Source: a virus
Lineage: Duplodnaviria > Caudoviricetes
Length of the DNA: 52,396 bases
Direction: 5' to 3' (one strand)
Virus record (IMG/VR): IMGVR_UViG_3300028840_001414
Coordinates: 1 to 52,396 of that record
Both the position numbers and the translations under genes were made by a program. Numbering within the stretch: position 1 is the stretch's first letter; the number at the start of each line of letters is the position of its first letter. Of the stretch, positions 45,409 through 52,396 are shown piece by piece. Below the pieces are notes generated by a model that had not been told where the DNA came from, made no database searches, and saw only the letters and a program-made list of their open reading frames with translations.

Positions 45409-47690
45409 TGAGCCTTCTTGAATGCAATGTAATTCTCGGCTGTCCAGTACCGCCAAGTATTGCCGTCCAGTTCCCGAACGATCTCGCCGGCTTCAAGCAG
45501 ATCGCTGATTAGCTCGTCTCGCGTTCGCCGATTCGCCCATTCCGTTCTCTTCGTAATCCTCCTATGCAGGCATCCGGCCTTGCCAGATCGCTTGACAACA
45601 GCCACGATCCTACGCTTGTTCTTTCCTATCTGGCTGTCTACGATTTCCGGGACGATTACCCGTAAGAAAGAATCCAACAGAAACCGAATCAATCGACAGG
45701 CATAATCAGCTATCGATGCAGTGATTTCTGGTTCGCTGGCATTCTCGCTGGCGGCACAGATCAACGCGATTCGGCGAGCGTTTTCCTCGCCCTTCGCGTA
45801 CATGACGGTCATCTGGTCGTCCTTGCGCCCTAGTCCAGTGAGTTCGTCATCGAGTGCGATGAACGCTCGCTCCGCATCGGGTGTAGTCTTAACCATCACT
45901 TGCTCTGGCGGTGCCTCCGTAAACTGTCCCGGCTGGCCAACCATGAGCTTAGGGACGATATGCCCTTCGGGGTCGCCCTTGCCGCGTTGCCACCATTCCC
46001 TACATTGCGTAACAATACTCTCGGGGGGAGGAGTCAGGCGAACGCCACGAAGTTTTGGGGAATACCTGTCTGAGTGGAACATCAGGCATCGGCTGAGCCA
46101 GCCATCTTGAATTTCATCTGGCGATACACCACCCGTAAATCGTTCCGGCGTTGCCATTCCATAGACACAACAACATGGCTCTATGATAGTCCGTTGCTTT
46201 CCCTCCTCTGCGTATTCCTTGCCGAGATAAATGTCACCGGCAGTTGAATATAGTCGCATTAGCAACGATACGATTTGTGCGTGATGTGAACTGCCGCTTT
46301 TTATGTGAGCCATTAAGTGTCCGATTTCATCCACGAGAAAGAGCGTGGCTGGCCGGCGCGAGATTCGGAGTTCGATCGCCGAGTCGGAAGCGAAATTATC
46401 ACCGCCTAGTAGGTCAATGCAGCCAATACTCATACACAGTTGCCGAATGCGCTTGGGCGCGTTATTCTTGCCGGCGGACGATTGGGCAACACCCATGCAG
46501 TACAGATTTGTTCGGCCATCGTTAGCGTCTTTGATCTTCCGGCCGTACAAGGCGCCTAGGAAAGCCAGTGAACAGCCGAGTGTGAGAAATGGTTGTGGAC
46601 GGTTTGAATTAGCATTGATCCACGAGCATATTTCGCCAAGCAAGCCGGTCGGTTGCGTAAGGAATTCAAGCTCCTTCTCTTGCGCGGCGGCGTCTTGCTC
46701 GTTGACGACCGGGAGACAATCAGTAGCCGGCAGCGGCAGAACATTTCCCCTCGCCTTTTCAATTAGCTTCGCAACGTCTATCTCCACCCCTGACGTGTCC
46801 ACCGGCGCGTAGTCCGGATCATTCAGCAGCCAGCCACGAGGCTTATCGCAAGGATGCTTTCGCGCTTCGGTGATCTTGCGGCGGAAGTCTTTCTCGTCTT
46901 TTTGATTGCTAAAGTCCCACGGTGGAACGCAACGAGGATTATATTCGCTGGCCAGCAACGCATACGCCCGGCTGTCCGGCAGCAAGAAGCCGTTCACCAT
47001 CGCCTGTGCAGCGGCGAACAACTGCCCGTGCCCGTCCTGCCCTTGGATTGCGGGATCGCACCGGGCGAGCCATAGGCTTGCACGGCGTAACACACCCTCG
47101 TCAGCAATCGCCGCAGGCTTATTCGCAGGGACACCCGCAACGGTAGCCCGCTTGGCCTGCGGCGATTGCTTGACGGGGCGTAGCGATTCCGGGTATTCAG
47201 CCAGTTTTATTTCCCACGGAGCGTGGCCGTCAGCCCAGCGGTAGCGACCGCCATTAGGATGCACGGAAGGCGCCAGGACCACGTAGTAACCGTCCCCACG
47301 TATGTCGATGCCCGGTCGGAATGAATTCTTGTTGGCTGGTGGATTATCGGTTCTGTAGAACGCATGGAATCCGCCTCGTGGCGTGCCTTGGGCAACCGTT
47401 TTTGGCATATCAGAAAATTCCGTAAGCGAATCGTAGCCATTGATACCCTTCTCTTGGTCTATGTCTACATCGATCACGTATACGCCGCTCTTGGCGCCAC
47501 AGGCGACACCTATGTTTGCATCTGGCCACTTCTCCCACCACGCGCGAATCTGCGCCTCGTCGGTCGTGGCGTCCTTAACGCCGTGCTTCGTAATTGGCGT
47601 CTTTTTCCCAGGAGCAAGCGGGAATACGTGCCAGCCGAGGGAGGCGTATTTCAGGGCGTATTCGAGAAGATTATTCTTGGTTAATCCCAT
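45405..47690 (-). CDS. Bifunctional primase/polymerase (Prim-Pol) fused to a DUF3987-like helicase
   Basis: GWHVFPL..K.P...HG..DATTD, NIG, VIDVD, TPRGGFH, GIDIRGDGYYV; SSAGKN, LVDEIG, GWLSR. Confidence 0.92.
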   Translation of the reverse strand: MGLTKNNLLEYALKYASLGWHVFPLAPGKKTPITKHGVKDATTDEAQIRAWWEKWPDANIGVACGAKSGVYVIDVDIDQEKGINGYDSLTEFSDMPKTVAQGTPRGGFHAFYRTDNPPANKNSFRPGIDIRGDGYYVVLAPSVHPNGGRYRWADGHAPWEIKLAEYPESLRPVKQSPQAKRATVAGVPANKPAAIADEGVLRRASLWLARCDPAIQGQDGHGQLFAAAQAMVNGFLLPDSRAYALLASEYNPRCVPPWDFSNQKDEKDFRRKITEARKHPCDKPRGWLLNDPDYAPVDTSGVEIDVAKLIEKARGNVLPLPATDCLPVVNEQDAAAQEKELEFLTQPTGLLGEICSWINANSNRPQPFLTLGCSLAFLGALYGRKIKDANDGRTNLYCMGVAQSSAGKNNAPKRIRQLCMSIGCIDLLGGDNFASDSAIELRISRRPATLFLVDEIGHLMAHIKSGSSHHAQIVSLLMRLYSTAGDIYLGKEYAEEGKQRTIIEPCCCVYGMATPERFTGGVSPDEIQDGWLSRCLMFHSDRYSPKLRGVRLTPPPESIVTQCREWWQRGKGDPEGHIVPKLMVGQPGQFTEAPPEQVMVKTTPDAERAFIALDDELTGLGRKDDQMTVMYAKGEENARRIALICAASENASEPEITASIADYACRLIRFLLDSFLRVIVPEIVDSQIGKNKRRIVAVVKRSGKAGCLHRRITKRTEWANRRTRDELISDLLEAGEIVRELDGNTWRYWTAENYIAFKKAQ

Positions 47691-47854
47691 ACTTCTATGT
47701 TTTCTGGCGACGTGAGTGTTTCCGCGTACCGCTTGGCGTCTTCGAGATGATTAAATTTCTTGTGATGCATGGTCTTGCCGTCGGCGTCGATAACATACCA
47801 GTGAGGAGCGCCAATCAAATCATGGCGCATGATAGTCAGAGAGGGCTGCGGCAT
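47681..47854 (-). CDS. Hypothetical protein, 57 aa
   Basis: Manual translation; fills the operon gap. Confidence 0.55.
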   Translation of the reverse strand: MPQPSLTIMRHDLIGAPHWYVIDADGKTMHHKKFNHLEDAKRYAETLTSPENIEVWD

Positions 47855-47857
47855 TCC

Positions 47858-48025
47858 CTAGCCCCCTACCAGTGTGGCCGTTGCTTCGTAGCATAGCTGC
47901 AAAGAGGCAACGCAAAGGGTAATCAGCACCGCGCCTATGGTGACAACAATTACCGCAAAGAAACAGAGACATGCAATTGCCGTCAGGAACCACATGAAAT
48001 TATCGAATGCCGATGACTTTTTCAC
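47858..48025 (-). CDS. Small membrane protein, 55 aa
   Basis: Manual translation; GTGA overlap with the helicase stop; long hydrophobic stretch. Confidence 0.55.
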   Translation of the reverse strand: MKKSSAFDNFMWFLTAIACLCFFAVIVVTIGAVLITLCVASLQLCYEATATLVGG

Positions 48026-49638
48026 TTCTCAATCTCCCGTAATGGCTGGTTGTAGTCAACGATCTCGAAATACTTGCCGTTCTTGCGCACGGTAATCGTC
48101 TTGGTCCATTCGAGAAGTGATTGCGAGAAAAACATATCCTCCATAGCGTGATCGACGGACGGCGGCCATGTGAAGCCACGCCTGCTCCACCATTCCCTAG
48201 CAATTCGCCCGGCTGGCCCATCGTGATCCAAGCAAATCCACTCACGGAACATCGACATGCCGCAACGGTATTGCACTTTCAGTGAGTCGGGCGAGCCGGG
48301 TTTCCTGTGCCGGCTAATGATGACGGAATCTACCCGGTGCGTCTCAGGCTGCGTGGAAAGGATCGATTTCGACGACGCCTTATTACCGTGCATCCTGCGC
48401 TGCCGCTCGATTTCATCGAGTCGATCAATCTCTTGCTTCGGGATAATCCAGCCGCACACAGGGCATTGTTTGGTTGCTCTGCTAAAAGATTCGCGACATT
48501 CGGGACACACAGCCATAACAGTTTTGAGGCCAGTTCCGAGCAAATCAATCGGTCCATGCTCTTCGATGCAGCCGGCAAAGTCGAGTACAAGGCAGTTCTT
48601 CTTTCCGGGGCTAATTCGTAGGCCACGGCCGACCATCTGCGAGAACAGACCGGCCGAGAGCGTGGGCCGCAGAAGCACGATGCAATCGACGTGCGGTGCG
48701 TCAAAGCCCTCTGTCAATACGTTTACACAGCATACGGCGTGCAGTCGCCGCTCTTTGAAGTCGCGTATGATTCTATCGCGCTCTTTTCTCGGAGTCTTTC
48801 CGGTGATCGCCGGTGCAGAAATACTCCATTTAGCAAGCTCCCTGGATACGCGGTGGCAATGCGCAACATCGACGCAAAAGAACACGGCAAACTTCCGTTT
48901 TTCCGTCCACATAACTCGCACGGCTTCCTCGATCGCGCCGGGAACAAGCCCCTCCGTATTGGTGGCGGCAGCTAATGATTTCACGATGTAGTCGCCGCCA
49001 CTGTTGCGCTTCACGCCCTTCAGATCGGGTTGTATTTCGCCAACCTTCGATCGCAGGTTCGACAGATAGCCTTGTTCGATGAGGTCGGTGACTTTTGCCT
49101 CGTAGCAGATTTCGTTGAGGATGTGATCCGTATGGCAGATTGGCCCGCAGCCCATGCGAAACGGAGTGGCCGTCCAGCCTATGACTCGCAAATCTTGACT
49201 CCAACAGCGACAGTCTTGAATGAAACTGCGATACTTCCCCTCGCCGGCCGGCGGGATGCGGTGTGCTTCATCGACGAAAATGAAATCGAATGGCGGGAAC
49301 TCACCAGACTTCTTGTAGATCGAATCGATCGACGCAAAGAGAATTGAGGAATCGTAATCCCGCCGGCCGAGCCCGGCCGAGAAGATTCCGATATCACCCT
49401 CCGGATAGACGGCACGAAGCTTCTCAGCGTCCTGCTGTACTAGCTCTTTACGGTGCGCCAAGATGCAGCCGCGAACCCATGGAGCGTCTGCGTGCCACTT
49501 CCGAATGATCGACGCCATCAATACGCTTTTGCCGGCGCCGGTTGGAAGCACGACACACGGGTTCGTCTGCTTTGTGCAGATGTGCTCGTGTAGTGCGGCT
49601 TCCGCGTCGAGTTGGTAGGGCCTGAGAGTGAAGGTCAT
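48022..49638 (-). CDS. SF2 DEAH helicase (RadD/YejH-like) with a zinc ribbon
   Basis: LRPYQ, PTGAGKS, DEAH, TATP, LTEGFD, QMVGRGLR, CPEC/CPVC. Confidence 0.95.
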   Translation of the reverse strand: MTFTLRPYQLDAEAALHEHICTKQTNPCVVLPTGAGKSVLMASIIRKWHADAPWVRGCILAHRKELVQQDAEKLRAVYPEGDIGIFSAGLGRRDYDSSILFASIDSIYKKSGEFPPFDFIFVDEAHRIPPAGEGKYRSFIQDCRCWSQDLRVIGWTATPFRMGCGPICHTDHILNEICYEAKVTDLIEQGYLSNLRSKVGEIQPDLKGVKRNSGGDYIVKSLAAATNTEGLVPGAIEEAVRVMWTEKRKFAVFFCVDVAHCHRVSRELAKWSISAPAITGKTPRKERDRIIRDFKERRLHAVCCVNVLTEGFDAPHVDCIVLLRPTLSAGLFSQMVGRGLRISPGKKNCLVLDFAGCIEEHGPIDLLGTGLKTVMAVCPECRESFSRATKQCPVCGWIIPKQEIDRLDEIERQRRMHGNKASSKSILSTQPETHRVDSVIISRHRKPGSPDSLKVQYRCGMSMFREWICLDHDGPAGRIAREWWSRRGFTWPPSVDHAMEDMFFSQSLLEWTKTITVRKNGKYFEIVDYNQPLREIEK

Positions 49639-50006
49639 TGGGAATTCTCGCGCAGCCACTTCAAATGCATGGTTTCGGGGTCTGCATGAACATGCGGACA
49701 GATAGCCTTGTAAATCTTTTTATCCACATACACGCCGTCGCGAATCACCGGAAAGCGGCGGCGTAACCACGCCGGAAACCACCGCTCCTTAAAAGCCTGC
49801 CACCAGTCAATCGGCCATGATACATTAACCTGAATCCGTTCATCCAACATTCCGGCCATGTAGGCGTTTAGCTTCACAACGAGATCGCCGGCGATATTAT
49901 GGCAAGCGTCAATCACCGCAGTTTTCGGGAGTCGATCTAACTCTCGACGACTCAGCGTCTTTATGGCCGTCAGATCGATTCGTTCTGCCAGGATCGTCTC
50001 GATCAT
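49635..50006 (-). CDS. Hypothetical protein (P.DWWQAFKERWFP.W motif)
   Basis: Stop overlaps the helicase start. Confidence 0.7.
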   Translation of the reverse strand: MIETILAERIDLTAIKTLSRRELDRLPKTAVIDACHNIAGDLVVKLNAYMAGMLDERIQVNVSWPIDWWQAFKERWFPAWLRRRFPVIRDGVYVDKKIYKAICPHVHADPETMHLKWLRENSQ

Positions 50007-50100
50007 GCTGTCTGCTGCCGAAGATTCTTGCATAGCTGTTATCCCACTCCTGTTTCGTTACGAACATCGGGCGACGACTTGAGCCTTTACCGTTCATCAT
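49909..50100 (-). CDS. Small phage protein (GKGS.RRP...W...Y.RIFG)
   Basis: N-terminal motif resembles a common small phage family (recall); 3' part overlaps the next gene. Confidence 0.5.
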   Translation of the reverse strand: MMNGKGSSRRPMFVTKQEWDNSYARIFGSRQHDRDDPGRTNRSDGHKDAESSRVRSTPENCGD

Positions 50101-50866
50101 GCAACGCCCTTACAAACATCGCTGAGTTCACATTCTCAATCGTCGCTGAGCCTGCATACCCAATCATCACTGAACCTGCATCCCTAATTATCGCTGAGTT
50201 CGCATACTTAATCATCGCTGAACCTGCATGAATGATACGGGCTGAGCCTGCATCCCTAATTATCGCTGAGCCCGCGTGCTCAATCATCGCTGAGCCCGCG
50301 TGCCCAATCGTCGCTGAGCCCGCGCGTATAATCATCGCTGAGCCCGCGTGCCCAATCGTCGCTGAGCCTGCATTCTCAATCGTCGCTGAGCCTGCATTCT
50401 CAATCGTCGCTGAGCCTGCATGAATGATGCGGGCTGAGCCCGCGTATATAATCGTCGTTGAGCCCGCGCGTGTAATCGTCGCTGAGCCTGCATGAATGAT
50501 GCAAGCATTAACGCAGCGATCAACTACTGGTGAACCGGAGAGAATCCAGCTTCCGCCCAATAGTATCCTGCGATCGTTGCGCACGATCATTCGAGACACG
50601 CGCTCCCGTAATCGCTGAGTTACGGATATTTCCATATCACCCGTAAACCAATGCGGGCGCACTTCTTCATCGATGTGCAAGGCATAGGAATCAGGATTAT
50701 CCCACGCCCCATTTTTTCTTGGGTAGAATTCCAAGCGTGCAAATTCATCGTGGCCATCATCCCGCAGAGACTTGCGTTCAATCAAATCCTCATGGGAATT
50801 CGTAACATCTGGCCGAAAAATCAAGTCGCCCGCCCGTGTATATACCGCAGAAAAAATCTCACACAT
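50087..50866 (-). CDS. Octapeptide-repeat (AGSAxIxx) beta-solenoid protein
   Basis: Globular N-terminal domain plus 16 repeats; GGGAG RBS. Confidence 0.85.
   Translation of the reverse strand: MCEIFSAVYTRAGDLIFRPDVTNSHEDLIERKSLRDDGHDEFARLEFYPRKNGAWDNPDSYALHIDEEVRPHWFTGDMEISVTQRLRERVSRMIVRNDRRILLGGSWILSGSPVVDRCVNACIIHAGSATITRAGSTTIIYAGSARIIHAGSATIENAGSATIENAGSATIGHAGSAMIIRAGSATIGHAGSAMIEHAGSAIIRDAGSARIIHAGSAMIKYANSAIIRDAGSVMIGYAGSATIENVNSAMFVRALHDER
50108..50491 (-). repeat. 24-nt coding tandem repeat x16
   Basis: Units with GC(A/G)GGCTCAGCGA.GATT cores. Confidence 0.95.
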
Positions 50867-50930
50867 AATTGACTCCCGTGAAAATTCCCAGTCAGCTAAA
50901 GTGAACGCAATTCACTGGATATTGCCAGCA

Positions 50931-52253
50931 TTACTCAATCCCCTCCCGTATCTCGGCCTTGCGGGTCTTCGTCCAGATGATTGCAACACGGTCCCGTCCG
51001 TCTGCGGTGAACTCGACGGCCTTGTAATCGAAGCCCTCGCATTGCAGAGCAGGCGTAAGCCGCATTATGTCTTCGCAGTACGTATCCTTCCATGCGTCGG
51101 CTAGCTTGCTAACGTCACCTTCCCAGATGACGCGAGAATCCTCCGCAGGATAGCGCGAGAGAATGTCGTCGGGGTAGTGGCCGACCGCTTCAGCGCCAAG
51201 TAGGTCTTTCGCTGCTGTGATTGTTTGATTACCGATCGCTGATATAGGAAGAGTGCAAAGCTCCCTTGTTGTGTAGTGGCCTTCCGCGCGGCCGTGCAGG
51301 AACACCTTGTCTGCCATTGTGAATTCAATGTATTCAGAGCCCCCCTCGGTAACGCCGTAATTTGTCGCTTCTGCAAAGCCAATTAAGCCAGGCAGAATAA
51401 GATGGTCGTCGCAATGCTTGGCTTGGTCTTTGGCCGATAGCCCGCGCTTGTGTTTCTCGCACACCCAATGAGCATTACCCTCTAAAGTTGGCGTAGCATG
51501 GCAACACTGACGGCAGTTGATTGCCGGAATCGGTAACGCAGATTCGCCTGTGCCCCAGCAGAGATCGCGAGCATCGCAGAATCGGCACTCCCACCAGTCT
51601 TCGCGCTCGGAAATTCGCCCCGGCGGTTCGGTTGCGAAGATAATACGTTTCGCTTTCGCCATGAGTGATTCAGCGAAAACTTTGTCGTGCCTAGCCCGCT
51701 CCGCATAAAGCTCGTCGGTGTTCTTGTTACGGGCCAGGTAGAGGGCTCGTTTTATACCCTCCCGGTGCATGTAGACTTGCATCTGGGCATAATGCTGCGG
51801 TTTCGACGCTTGCACACCATCCTTTACGAGTTGTGCGAATGACTTAGTGTTATGCGTCTTGAACTCTAAGACGTGCCAGGTCTTCGGGGCGGTCGGCACG
51901 CCAAGAGCTACACCGTCCATGTGGCCGGAGAAATGGCCGCCGAGAGCATGCACTGCGAACTGATTGCCGTGCTCGTCAACATCATGGACAGTGCAGCCAA
52001 TTTCGCGAAGCTCCTTGACCATGCGAATCTCTTCAAGGTCACCGGTCTCAAAGAGCCGATACATTCGCCCGCTGAATTCCGGCTTAACGCACGCTCTGAA
52101 TGTGTACCAGAGAAATCGATCGCATGGGTGCCCGATGATCGAAGCGCCAAGGTAGCCCCGTGGCGCCTCAGCATCGCCGCGCTTCTTGTGGTAGTCGTAG
52201 ATCGCAGTTACGATAGGAGAATCTTTCGGCATGTACTGAGCAACGCTAGTCAT
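50931..52253 (-). CDS. PD-(D/E)XK exonuclease (Cas4/YqaJ-like) with Cys clusters
   Basis: YLGASIIGHPC.R.LWY, GHMDG, LEFKT, HYAQMQVYM, ECRFC, NCRQC. Confidence 0.9.
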   Translation of the reverse strand: MTSVAQYMPKDSPIVTAIYDYHKKRGDAEAPRGYLGASIIGHPCDRFLWYTFRACVKPEFSGRMYRLFETGDLEEIRMVKELREIGCTVHDVDEHGNQFAVHALGGHFSGHMDGVALGVPTAPKTWHVLEFKTHNTKSFAQLVKDGVQASKPQHYAQMQVYMHREGIKRALYLARNKNTDELYAERARHDKVFAESLMAKAKRIIFATEPPGRISEREDWWECRFCDARDLCWGTGESALPIPAINCRQCCHATPTLEGNAHWVCEKHKRGLSAKDQAKHCDDHLILPGLIGFAEATNYGVTEGGSEYIEFTMADKVFLHGRAEGHYTTRELCTLPISAIGNQTITAAKDLLGAEAVGHYPDDILSRYPAEDSRVIWEGDVSKLADAWKDTYCEDIMRLTPALQCEGFDYKAVEFTADGRDRVAIIWTKTRKAEIREGIE

Positions 52254-52396
52254 TTCGGCGCCTTCACTGTAACGGATACCTTCTTCGGCTTGACTTCGAC
52301 GTGCCTGGCAAGCGCGGAGAAAATGTCAGGATGATTCTCGCGATACCACTTATAGCCAGCCACGTCGAGCGTGTGGGTGGCTTTCGATACAATCGG
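52253..52396. repeat. Terminal direct repeat, right copy
   Basis: Identical to 1-144. Confidence 0.97.

Noticed and set aside
50108-50491. CRISPR array next to a Cas4-like nuclease
   Set aside because: The 24-nt period is in frame, there are no unique spacers and it encodes an octapeptide repeat; the nuclease is a typical phage recombination exonuclease
13716-52334. Many long antisense or alternate-frame ORFs (e.g. 15789-16790, 13865-14704, 48257-48991)
   Set aside because: Shadows of real genes in GC-rich DNA, without motifs or RBS

Overview
Complete circular genome of a temperate tailed phage: 52,252 bp plus a 144-bp assembly overlap, with one gene running across the junction. Layout: (1) a leftward early cluster of small, mostly acidic genes including ardA (about 3.6-9.9 kb); (2) a divergent XRE repressor and a 1.1-kb non-coding control/origin region (9.9-11.4 kb); (3) a rightward late region with a secreted trypsin-like protease, terminase, portal, scaffold, major capsid, podovirus-type tail and ejection proteins, a 1642-aa LPD38-like polyvalent protein and an atypical peptidase-based lysis cassette (11.4-39.8 kb); (4) a putative attP and an atypical tyrosine integrase (39.8-41.4 kb); (5) a long leftward replication/nucleotide operon crossing the origin (DUF669, AAA_24 ATPase, PD-(D/E)XK nuclease, SF2 helicase, Prim-Pol/helicase, RusA-like resolvase, phosphoesterases, DNA methylase). 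Two protein motifs suggest a Planctomycetota host, from recall only. The most notable non-coding signals are three identically spaced late promoters (GTGGCTGG-N25-TGn-TAWAATG), a 161-nt tRNA-like RNA with an expanded anticodon arm, an 11-copy GGACAC array, four 25-bp TAA-N19-TTA boxes, start-associated repeats and long hairpins in the early region, and a Met-Lys minigene. All protein family calls come from motifs recognised by eye; no searches were run.
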